Shown: positions 1 to 7,760 of the stretch, piece after piece
Numbering within the stretch: position 1 is the first letter of the stretch
Layout: each line of letters opens with the position of its first letter
Assembly: GCA_964427225.1 (NCBI GenBank)
Contig: CAYRTV010000001.1
Span: forward strand, 1 to 34,430
Direction of reading: 5' to 3'
Source of the DNA: an uncultured Eubacteriales bacterium
GTDB lineage: Bacteria > Acidobacteriota > Aminicenantia > Aminicenantales > Aminicenantaceae
Length of the DNA stretch: 34,430 nucleotides
Program-made: the position numbers and the translations under genes
Notes under the pieces: generated by a model
The model's database searches: none
The model's input: only the letters and a program-made list of their open reading frames with translations
Told to the model about the DNA's origin: nothing

Positions 1-726
1 TGACCAATGAGCGTTGATACTCTTAATCAATTGGGAAAACATCGTTTTCCGGTCCCGGATGCTGGTGATTGTTCCTTCTCCTTCAACTTTATACTGCCGC
101 TCATCATACCGGGAATTAGCCCAGAAGCGGAATTTCAGATCTTCGGTGGTACGGTTGGCTGACAGAGAGAGAGAATAATTATAGCGCTTGGACAGTTCTT
201 CCATATTTAAGTTTCCGCTTAGACCCACCGAGAAGACCCAATAGTTCCACTTGTCCACCATGGGTTCGGCCGGAGCCCGGCGAGTGCCTTGATAGGAAAT
301 CGAAATGTATTCAGCCAGGGGCGTATCGGATACATAGGGGATAAGTCCCTGTTTCAATATATTGACCAATCCTTGCCGGACCTGGGATTCGGTGTCGGTT
401 GATTTGGAAAAAAAAGTGAGCGTGGCGTCCTTGCCCTTGTATTCTTTGAGGCCGAAAAAATTGAGAGTGTATTCATAACCTCCGCTGCCTGTCTGCCGGC
501 GGTTGACCATGACGTGAATATCCGCGTTTTCGCGGTCCCGCATATAGTTGACAAAGGTGATTTCCGTCCGGATATAATTCATATCGCATGTGTGCCGCTC
601 ACAATCCAGGAAAACATTCGGGGCGGTTCGGCGTAATTCCATTTCCTGCGCCGGCATGGCGCGCCCGGTTAGATAAAAGAGCAGCAAAAGAAGCAGAATG
701 GAATATCTTGTGCTGTTTATTCTCAT
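1..726 (-). CDS. Hypothetical secreted or outer-membrane-associated protein; C-terminus truncated by the window edge
   Basis: Absent from the ORF track because it runs off the window. Minus-strand triplets from 726 down to 1 contain no stop. ATG at 726-724 has AAGGAG (743-738) 11 nt upstream. The N-terminus MRINSTRYSILLLLLLFYLTGRAMPAQE looks like a signal peptide. No family recognised. Confidence 0.6.
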   Translation of the reverse strand, partial: MRINSTRYSILLLLLLFYLTGRAMPAQEMELRRTAPNVFLDCERHTCDMNYIRTEITFVNYMRDRENADIHVMVNRRQTGSGGYEYTLNFFGLKEYKGKDATLTFFSKSTDTESQVRQGLVNILKQGLIPYVSDTPLAEYISISYQGTRRAPAEPMVDKWNYWVFSVGLSGNLNMEELSKRYNYSLSLSANRTTEDLKFRFWANSRYDERQYKVEGEGTITSIRDRKTMFSQLIKSINAHWS

Positions 727-795
727 CACAGTTCTTTCTCCTTTTCAGCGTGAATCAATCACTTTCCTGTGAATATGGGCCCAGGCTTAATTCGT

Positions 796-1497
796 TTATT
801 TTGTTCGAATGAATACTTGAGACCAAGGGACTATATTCATTTCAGACCCCTTGGAGATATTATCTCCGCGAATGTATTTTTTATAAATCCAGGAACTTAT
901 AACATATATACGCAGTAAACTGTCTGCCTGAATGGATTCAGCCGGGATGGAGGCATTGCGCTTATCGAAATAATCACAGCTCAATATTTCATCGCCGGTT
1001 CTGAAATGATAAACTCGGACATCAGCGGCCGCATTATTATTTCCAAAAGACCAGCTCAACTCGATACCGGAATCCGCTTCCAAAATGGAGGGCTGCGGTT
1101 CAGCAATCACCAGCCAGTTTGGGATCGGAAAAGTCCGGCTTAGGCTGAAGCCGGCAGGGGTTTCGATATCCAGGGTTACAGTTTCGGCAAGATTTTCCGG
1201 ATCAATCTGAATTCTTTTCTCATAATTGTTTTCTTTGAATGGCAGCTTTCCTCCATTGACACTGACTTCCGCATCCGGAATGATCTCTCCGTGAGGAGAG
1301 CCCAGGCGTAAGTTGACGTAAGCTCTGATTTCCGTGTTGTTGAGATCATTATTGTAATCGTAGCGGGATAAGCTGTAAGTGGGATAGATGACAGCCCGGA
1401 TAAAAACTTTCTGAGCTTCTCTTTCAATATCTTGTCCAAAGACCGGGCCTAAGCAAAACAATACGGCCGGAAACATCCAAATGATGAATTTTTTCAA
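796..1497 (-). CDS. Hypothetical secreted protein (233 aa)
   Basis: Intact ORF. The N-terminus MKKFIIWMFPAVLFCLGPVFGQD is signal-peptide-like. Same strand as its neighbours. No family recognised. Confidence 0.55.
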   Translation of the reverse strand: MKKFIIWMFPAVLFCLGPVFGQDIEREAQKVFIRAVIYPTYSLSRYDYNNDLNNTEIRAYVNLRLGSPHGEIIPDAEVSVNGGKLPFKENNYEKRIQIDPENLAETVTLDIETPAGFSLSRTFPIPNWLVIAEPQPSILEADSGIELSWSFGNNNAAADVRVYHFRTGDEILSCDYFDKRNASIPAESIQADSLLRIYVISSWIYKKYIRGDNISKGSEMNIVPWSQVFIRTK

Positions 1498-1547
1498 TCG
1501 GTCCTCCTGTTATTATGCTTTTTCATTATAACAGACCAAAAGGGATT

Positions 1548-1994
1548 TCAGAAGCCGGCTGCCAGCTCCAAGATCCGGTGGAACCAGTTTAATCCGTACA
1601 GCACGGCCAAATAGATGAAGGCCGAATTCAAATAAGCCCCCCATGATTGCAACCGGCTCCTAAGCCGGGGCCATGTCAGCCACAAACTGCGATATGCCGC
1701 CTGAAGCGTCAAGTAGATCAAAGTTAACAATCCGAGGGGGTGGTACTCAAATCCGGACGCGATGTGTCCATGGATGATTTCCGTCAAAGACCGGGTGAGA
1801 CCGCATCCGGGACATGGAAGTCCGGTAGTCCGGCGAAAAGTACAGACCGGAGGCAGCCTAACGCCGAAAAGCCGGAGCCCTTCTTCAATGTGAGACGGAG
1901 GAGTCAGCAGCCATGCCCCTGTGATGATGCCGGCGCATACGATCAGGACAATCAGGTGAGGCCAGGACTCCTTTTTGGGACTGAGCTTAGACAT
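1548..1994 (-). CDS. DUF2752 family membrane protein
   Basis: The CPGCGLTRS motif (CPxCGxTR) followed by several hydrophobic helices is characteristic of DUF2752. Confidence 0.75.
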   Translation of the reverse strand: MSKLSPKKESWPHLIVLIVCAGIITGAWLLTPPSHIEEGLRLFGVRLPPVCTFRRTTGLPCPGCGLTRSLTEIIHGHIASGFEYHPLGLLTLIYLTLQAAYRSLWLTWPRLRSRLQSWGAYLNSAFIYLAVLYGLNWFHRILELAAGF

Positions 1995-2021
1995 ATGCAG
2001 CCGAGAAGGTTTTAAGCAAGC

Positions 2022-2456
2022 TTAATGAAAGGCGGCCTTGACTTCCGGCCGGGTCAGCACCACCAGCGCCCAGATGCCGATAGGGAGACCGATGATGCAG
2101 CAGGGGCTGATACAAGGCAGCATCGCCAGAATACTGGCAGCAACGGCCAGTCCCCATTGCTGCAGGTCTCTCATTTTAAGTGCGGCATAGACAATAAACG
2201 CGGCAATAAAAATTTCCACAAGTGAGCTGCCCAGGGCAAAACTCCGCTCATAAAAACGTTCAAAATATTCCGGAAATTCTTCCACCCAAAAATGGCTGAG
2301 ACTGGTTCCGATTGCCAAAGAAATAAACCCGACCAATGAAAAGACCGCACCGAGAATTCCGGTTACCAGCAGACCGATGGACGGTCCGGAAACCTGATCT
2401 TTCGGTTTATCATTCAGAGCAGAAGGGACTGGCGGCTGTTCCATGATGTCCTCCAA
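2022..2456 (-). CDS. Hypothetical integral membrane protein (144 aa, about 4 TM helices)
   Basis: Four hydrophobic segments. The C-terminal tail PCISPCCIIGLPIGIWALVVLTRPEVKAAF resembles a tail motif recurrent in uncharacterised membrane proteins. Confidence 0.55.
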   Translation of the reverse strand: MEDIMEQPPVPSALNDKPKDQVSGPSIGLLVTGILGAVFSLVGFISLAIGTSLSHFWVEEFPEYFERFYERSFALGSSLVEIFIAAFIVYAALKMRDLQQWGLAVAASILAMLPCISPCCIIGLPIGIWALVVLTRPEVKAAFH

Positions 2457-2538
2457 TCATTATATTATCTAAACCGGCTGATCTTGTTAGGATCGCCGCT
2501 GCCAAAGTGCTAACTCGATCCGCTGCCATGGGATTATT

Positions 2539-4407
2539 TTAATATACGGATTTCGCCGGAGATTGTTCTTTCGATGAGCGTGAAAAACCAATATCATCCA
2601 AGATCAGTATTCCTTCCTTGCCCCGGTCAAACACAAACCGGATAGTCCGCAGTTCGGCGGCATTAAACCCGTTTTTGTCGCCGGAAAATTCGGAAAGAGG
2701 AATATGCACAGTCTGCAGGGTGGGTTCGTAGTCGCTTCCATAACTTCCGGATTCGTCACCCATTTTGGTGAAACGGGAGCTTATCCTGGGGGGAACGGGC
2801 ATATAGGATTCCACTTTCCGCCGGACTATGGCTCCGGATGAATCGATCAGCTCAATATGGAAGGAAAGGACATCCGGATTCTTTTCGGATGGGTTGATTT
2901 CCGAATCGATGCTGTCGGCTGCTTCTTCCGGAGAATCATCCGATTCGGGAAGAGATTCGTCGGCTTCACAAACGGAGAAAACCAGATACGAATCGAGGGT
3001 CAAACCTGATTGTGAGAACGGGGGGAGGAGAATGGAATACACAGGTGCATTCTCGCCTTGTCTTTGTGAGGCCGGGCCCCGCCAGCCTAAAAACACCGCG
3101 CTGTTCTGTTTGGTGCCGCCCTGGCGGAATTCCATTTCTCCTTCTCTCCACAGGGCCAGATTGGTTCCTTGAATCGCTGCGCCGGAAAGAGATGCGGTGG
3201 TGAGGTCGATGTCTTCTCCGAATTCACAGATTGGAGAAAAGGTGGAGTCCTGGAAGCGGCTGATATAAATATCGGGGGGAAGCCAATCCTGAATGCGGCG
3301 ATGGTCACGGAACATCGGCAGATACGCCGGATTTCCTTTCAGAGTGGAATCAAAAAAAGCCGTCAGATATATGATCCCGATCTTTCGCTGCTGTTCCCCT
3401 GAAAGCAGGGAGACGCGGTTAAGGAGAAGTCCGGAGGGGAGTCCGTAATCCATGTCTCCCCATACCGTGTTAAACTGGCCATGATTGGACCGGTAAATAT
3501 AAATGCCGGCTTTAAAACCGTAATGATTCCCCGTGAAAGCAGTCCGGCTGAATTGCCGTGCTCCTAAAAACAGGGACACATCCGCATCATGTCCGCCTTG
3601 GATAACCAAATAATTGATGTCTTCAAGCGGATTGGGTAAGCCCGCGGGCTTATATTGCTGATCCGAGGGTGCGATCGCCGCGATGGATTTAATGTTGAAG
3701 TTAAAGTCAAAAGCCACCGAAGCATCATCCGGGTAATAAGAAAGCCGGTTGAATCCGCCGGCTATAGCCGCCGCTTCGCCGCCCCGGGAATGGCCGATCA
3801 ATCCCAAATTATCCATATCCGCTTTTTGATAAAAGGGATGATCCGCAGATTGATTCCATTGTCTCCATAGAGAAAGATGCTGCAGGAGAATCCAGGCCCG
3901 TGCATCGTTTTCACGAGACAGAGAAGAAAGGAATCCGCCGTTAAAAAAATTCTCATCAACGGAAACAAAAATATAACCCCGGGAAGCAAAATGTTCTCCC
4001 AGATAAGCATAGCCCGGATCCGAGTATTCCTCCATTTTGTGATTGCCGTGGACAATTAGAATTAAAGGGAAGGGACCTGCTCCCTCCGGATACCAGACTC
4101 TGCCGTTAAGGGGAAGGGAATCCGGCTTGAATCCCCAATACCAATTCCGGATTTTCATTTTGAAGCCGCTATTTCCTTTGAGAAAAGGGTCTCCGTTCAC
4201 CGAAAACGAAGTTAAATTGACTTTTTCGCCGTATTCGGGACGCCGCTGGTCGGTTCCGGAGCCGTAAGTGAGATAATTCACCTCAAAGGAGCCGGGCTGG
4301 GCGGGATTGGGGGCCGGGAGCGGAGGGATATCCGCAGTCGGCTCAGCCGGTTCGATCAAATGGCTGGTATCACCCGGGTCAAGGGTCCAAATGACCATAA
4401 AACTCAA
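2539..4407 (-). CDS. Alpha/beta-fold hydrolase (serine hydrolase) with a C-terminal accessory domain; the annotated TTG start is probably not the true N-terminus (see findings)
   Basis: GHSRGG nucleophile elbow (GxSxG). LILIVHGNH and GYIFVSVDENFF strands are typical of dienelactone-hydrolase or PAF-acetylhydrolase-like folds. TTG 4407 and ATG 4398 both lie inside a hydrophobic helix that stays open upstream in the same frame. Confidence 0.75.
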   Translation of the reverse strand: MSFMVIWTLDPGDTSHLIEPAEPTADIPPLPAPNPAQPGSFEVNYLTYGSGTDQRRPEYGEKVNLTSFSVNGDPFLKGNSGFKMKIRNWYWGFKPDSLPLNGRVWYPEGAGPFPLILIVHGNHKMEEYSDPGYAYLGEHFASRGYIFVSVDENFFNGGFLSSLSRENDARAWILLQHLSLWRQWNQSADHPFYQKADMDNLGLIGHSRGGEAAAIAGGFNRLSYYPDDASVAFDFNFNIKSIAAIAPSDQQYKPAGLPNPLEDINYLVIQGGHDADVSLFLGARQFSRTAFTGNHYGFKAGIYIYRSNHGQFNTVWGDMDYGLPSGLLLNRVSLLSGEQQRKIGIIYLTAFFDSTLKGNPAYLPMFRDHRRIQDWLPPDIYISRFQDSTFSPICEFGEDIDLTTASLSGAAIQGTNLALWREGEMEFRQGGTKQNSAVFLGWRGPASQRQGENAPVYSILLPPFSQSGLTLDSYLVFSVCEADESLPESDDSPEEAADSIDSEINPSEKNPDVLSFHIELIDSSGAIVRRKVESYMPVPPRISSRFTKMGDESGSYGSDYEPTLQTVHIPLSEFSGDKNGFNAAELRTIRFVFDRGKEGILILDDIGFSRSSKEQSPAKSVY

Positions 4408-4412
4408 GACTG

Positions 4413-4922
4413 CTATGGGAATGATGATAGCGGAAAAGACCCCGATTTTTTTATTCCGGGTTCAAACTTGAAATCACGGCGTGAAAGCGCAGCCAGGCCT
4501 CCTCCGAGAAAAGCGCCGGTTAAACTGATCATCAGAATCATCTTGAGGGTGAAAGAATTCAAAGATTGAAGTATTAGAAATACGGCTATCAGAACCGCCA
4601 GGGCGGACAATCCGGCCTGATTGATAAAACGAGGTAAAATTTTGAGGAGGGATAAAATGAAAAACGCGAATAAACCGATAAGGGCTCCGGTTCCCAGAAA
4701 AAATAGACTTCCTGATAAATAATCCAGCACTCCCGGCAGCCCGGGGGTTTCAAAAAAACCGGCAAAGGCGAGGAAAACAGCCGTTATGAGAATGATGCCC
4801 CATGCGGCTCCCCTGCGAACCGGCGCGCTCGGCTGAGTTCGATTCCAGGCCTGCCGTAAGGTGGCTCTCAATTTTTTGCTTGTTTCAGTTGCTTTTTGTC
4901 CAAGGCTTGAACGTGCAGTCAT
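4413..4922 (-). CDS. 4-TM membrane protein, probably the detached N-terminal domain of the downstream hydrolase
   Basis: 169-aa ORF with four hydrophobic helices. It ends 5 nt before the hydrolase ORF. An A7 run (plus-strand T7 at 4446-4452) lies 30 nt before its stop codon. Confidence 0.55.
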   Translation of the reverse strand: MTARSSLGQKATETSKKLRATLRQAWNRTQPSAPVRRGAAWGIILITAVFLAFAGFFETPGLPGVLDYLSGSLFFLGTGALIGLFAFFILSLLKILPRFINQAGLSALAVLIAVFLILQSLNSFTLKMILMISLTGAFLGGGLAALSRRDFKFEPGIKKSGSFPLSSFP

Positions 4923-4947
4923 CCTGTCCTCCTGAATGTTTTCTTAA

Positions 4948-5049
4948 TTATACGTGCATTGACCGCTGTCGTTCCAGCCTACCCGAAAATCTTGCATTCG
5001 CCGGCCTAAGGATGACATATGTGTTTACTGCCGCGGCCGGGGGATGACA
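4948..5049. repeat. Copy of a dispersed TGTCATCC-type intergenic repeat
   Basis: GCCTAAGGATGACATATGTGTTTACTGCCGCGGCC (5004-5038) matches 33773-33807 at about 80% identity. GGATGACA occurs twice, at 5010-5017 and 5042-5049. The minus strand reads ..VILRPANARF.., a repeat-derived pseudo-ORF. Confidence 0.55.
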
Positions 5050-5082
5050 AAAGGGGAAGCGGACCCAGTGCCGGGAAAGAGT

Positions 5083-5112
5083 TTGATTCTTATTCATGGA
5101 AAAGAGTAAATT
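5083..5112 (+). promoter_or_regulatory. Candidate sigma70-type promoter for the MaoC-like gene
   Basis: TTGATT (5083-5088), 18-nt spacer, TAAATT (5107-5112). This favours the ATG at 5136 over the TTG at 5118. Confidence 0.3.
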
Positions 5113-5135
5113 AATGTTTGAGGACCGATGATTCA

Positions 5136-5594
5136 ATGCAAAAGAAACTGACCTTGAAAAAATTAAAAGAATGGGAAGGGCAGGAAATCGGAGTTTCCGA
5201 TTGGCTTATGATTGATCAAAACCGGATCAATGCTTTTGCTGAGTGCTCGAATGACCGCCAATGGATACATGTAAACGAAGCAAAAGCCGCAAAAAGTCCC
5301 TTGAAAAGCACCCTCGCACATGGTTTTCTGCTGCTGGCTCTGCTGCCTCATTTTCTGTCCGGCAGCGAACTTTACGACCATGACGTCAGGATGATCATTA
5401 ATTACGGATTAAACCGGGTCCGTTTTATCAATCCGGTTAAATCTGGAGCCAGAATCCGCAACCGGGCGGTTTTAAAGAATGTAGAGAAAAAGAAGTGGCG
5501 GAAGGTTCTCTTGACCGTCGAGTGTACAATCGAGATAGAGTATACGGCGAAGCCGGCCGCTGTCGCTGAGGTTCTGGTTTTGGTTTATTTGTAG
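5136..5594 (+). CDS. MaoC-like (R)-specific enoyl-CoA hydratase / hot-dog-fold dehydratase
   Basis: GVSDWLMIDQNRINAFAECSNDRQWIHVNEAKAAKSPLKSTLAHGFLLLALLP matches the MaoC dehydratase core. The ORF track starts at TTG 5118. I prefer ATG 5136, which has GAGGA 11 nt upstream. Confidence 0.8.
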   Translation: MQKKLTLKKLKEWEGQEIGVSDWLMIDQNRINAFAECSNDRQWIHVNEAKAAKSPLKSTLAHGFLLLALLPHFLSGSELYDHDVRMIINYGLNRVRFINPVKSGARIRNRAVLKNVEKKKWRKVLLTVECTIEIEYTAKPAAVAEVLVLVYL

Positions 5595-5663
5595 CGATGA
5601 ACGACAGCGCGGCTGTATGGGGGCGCAAATACTATTTACTGATACAAATAGCACAACCGCCGC

Positions 5664-5672
5664 TGTTATAAT
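5664..5672 (+). promoter_or_regulatory. Candidate extended -10 promoter element upstream of glgE
   Basis: TGtTATAAT at 5664-5672 with no good -35. It would give a leader of roughly 80 nt before the glgE start codon, which has the SD AAAGGAGG about 7 nt upstream. Confidence 0.3.
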
Positions 5673-5759
5673 GAAAAGCTGTATTTAAGTCATTCCTAAT
5701 ATTTGATAGAATAATAACAACAGATTAACTCCCCGTATTTATTTTCAAAGGAGGAAAAC

Positions 5760-7745
5760 TTGAATTTTGAAGGCCGTATTCGTGTTGTCATAGAAAACGT
5801 CAGCCCTGAAATAAACGGTGGCCGTTATCCGGTTAAACGGGCGGCAGGGGAGACCGTTTCGGTCGCAGCCGATATTTACACCGATGGACATGATGACATT
5901 GCTGCTGAGCTTCTTTACCGCCATTCCGGCGATAAGGAGTGGCGGTCCCTGCCGATGTTTCATGTAAATAATGACCGTTGGCAGACGGAATTTCCGGCAG
6001 ATATAAACGGAGCTTATTTGTATACCATTAAGGGCTGGGTGGATCATTTTAAAACTTGGCAGCATGATTTGAAGAAGAAATTCGCAGCGAAACAGGATGT
6101 CCGGGTGGAATTGGTAATCGGAGCTGGATATATCCGGGAAACGGCTCGCCGGGCTGATGAATCTGACCGGGAAGGACTCCTGCGGTGGGCCGATGTTCTG
6201 GAAGAGCCGGAAAATCCCGCTGATACCGTTTCCGCTGCTCTCAGCCCGGAAATAACTGATTTGATGCGCAGGTATCCGCCTGAAAAATGGATTTCCGTTT
6301 ATGAGCGGGAACTGAAAGTCATGGTTGAACGTCCCCGGGCCCTTTTCAGCAGCTGGTATGAATTTTTTCCCCGCTCTTTCGGAGAAAAACCGGGGCAGCA
6401 CGGCACCCTTAAAAGTTGCCGGTCCCTGCTGCCGGAAATAGCCGCCATGGGATTTGATGTTGTCTATCTTTCTCCCATTCATCCAATCGGGCGCACGCAT
6501 CGTAAGGGCGCTAACAATAATCCGGTTGCGGAACCGCATGAGCCGGGCAGCCCATGGGCCATTGGTTCCGAGGCGGGAGGGCATAAGTCTGTCCATCCGG
6601 ACTTGGGGACCTTGGAGGATTTCGAACTTTTTATGGCCGCCGCGGAAGAAAATCATTTAGAATTGGCCATGGACCTGGCGTTTCAGTGTTCGCCTGATCA
6701 TCCTTATGTCAAAGACCATCCGGAATGGTTTCGCTGGCGTCCGGACGGTTCTGTCCAGCACGCCGAAAATCCGCCAAAAAAATATGAGGATATTATTCCG
6801 ATTAACTTTGAAACGGAAGCCTGGAAGGAACTATGGGAAGAATTAAAAAGTGTCGTTCTGTTCTGGGTTGAAAAGGGAGTCCGGATTTTCAGGGTAGATA
6901 ATCCGCACACAAAGCCGTTTGTTTTTTGGGAATGGCTGATCCTGGGAGTTAAAGAGGAATACCCGGATGTGCTTTTTCTTTCAGAAGCTTTCACCAGGCC
7001 CAAAGTCATGTACCGGCTGGCAAAGATTGGATTCTCTCAATCCTATACTTATTTCACTTGGAGAAATTCCAAGTGGGAGCTGCAGGAATACTTGCGGGAA
7101 TTGACACAAACTCCGGTTCGTGAATTTTTCCGGCCGAATTTTTGGCCCAACACTCCGGATATACTTGCCGAATCACTGCAGCACGGCGGCCGGCCGGCTT
7201 TTATTACCCGGTTGGTGCTGGCGGCAACACTTTCGTCAAATTATGGTATATACGGACCGGCGTTTGAACTGACTGTCGGTGAAGCGGTTCCGGGAAAAGA
7301 AGAGTATTGGCATTCTGAAAAATATGAAATCAAACAATGGGATCTGCACCAGCCCGGCAGTCTTCGCGACATGATCACCCGGATTAATCAAATCCGCAAA
7401 AAAAATCCTGCGCTCCATACCACTTGGAACCTGCGTTTTTTTAACGTTGATAATGAATACCTGCTGTGTTATGGAAAATGGACTCCTGATTTTTCTAATT
7501 TCATTCTGATAGTGGTTAATTTGGACCCCTTCCATACCCAGTCCGGATGGGTCGAGCTGCCATTGGAAGAGCTGGAGATCAAACCCGATCAGCAAATATT
7601 GATCGATGATCTGCTCAGTGGAGATAAATATTTTTGGCAGGGTCCCCGGAATTACGTGCAGTTGAACCCGCATGCGCTTCCGGTTCACCTATTCAAAGTA
7701 TACAGGAAAATGAAACGGGAACAGGATTTTGATTATTTCATATAA
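5760..7745 (+). CDS. glgE: Alpha-1,4-glucan:maltose-1-phosphate maltosyltransferase (GH13_3)
   Basis: The N-terminus GRIRVVIENVSPEINGGRYPVKRAAGETVSVAADIYTDGHD is diagnostic of GlgE. RVDNPHTKP and the other GH13 catalytic regions are present. The TTG start has a strong SD. Confidence 0.93.
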   Translation: MNFEGRIRVVIENVSPEINGGRYPVKRAAGETVSVAADIYTDGHDDIAAELLYRHSGDKEWRSLPMFHVNNDRWQTEFPADINGAYLYTIKGWVDHFKTWQHDLKKKFAAKQDVRVELVIGAGYIRETARRADESDREGLLRWADVLEEPENPADTVSAALSPEITDLMRRYPPEKWISVYERELKVMVERPRALFSSWYEFFPRSFGEKPGQHGTLKSCRSLLPEIAAMGFDVVYLSPIHPIGRTHRKGANNNPVAEPHEPGSPWAIGSEAGGHKSVHPDLGTLEDFELFMAAAEENHLELAMDLAFQCSPDHPYVKDHPEWFRWRPDGSVQHAENPPKKYEDIIPINFETEAWKELWEELKSVVLFWVEKGVRIFRVDNPHTKPFVFWEWLILGVKEEYPDVLFLSEAFTRPKVMYRLAKIGFSQSYTYFTWRNSKWELQEYLRELTQTPVREFFRPNFWPNTPDILAESLQHGGRPAFITRLVLAATLSSNYGIYGPAFELTVGEAVPGKEEYWHSEKYEIKQWDLHQPGSLRDMITRINQIRKKNPALHTTWNLRFFNVDNEYLLCYGKWTPDFSNFILIVVNLDPFHTQSGWVELPLEELEIKPDQQILIDDLLSGDKYFWQGPRNYVQLNPHALPVHLFKVYRKMKREQDFDYFI

Positions 7746-7760
7746 GGTTGAAAATAAATA

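Noticed and set aside
354-554. 66-aa minus-strand ORF from the track
   Set aside because: It is out of frame with, and nested inside, the longer edge-truncated minus-strand ORF at 1-726, which has a start codon, an SD and a signal peptide.
2491-2528. Short direct repeat GATCGCCGCTGCCA / GATCCGCTGCCA between the hydrolase and the 144-aa membrane protein gene
   Set aside because: It is only about 12 nt, imperfect, and has no further copies in the window. This is compatible with chance.
5629-5648. CTATTT-N8-AAATAG inverted repeat upstream of glgE
   Set aside because: The arms are only 6 bp and AT-rich in an AT-rich leader, so the repeat is not distinguishable from chance.
5745-6656. 303-aa minus-strand ORF
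   Set aside because: It is fully antisense to the unmistakable glgE coding sequence. Its translation is Arg/Pro/Phe-rich with no recognisable motif. This is a typical shadow ORF.
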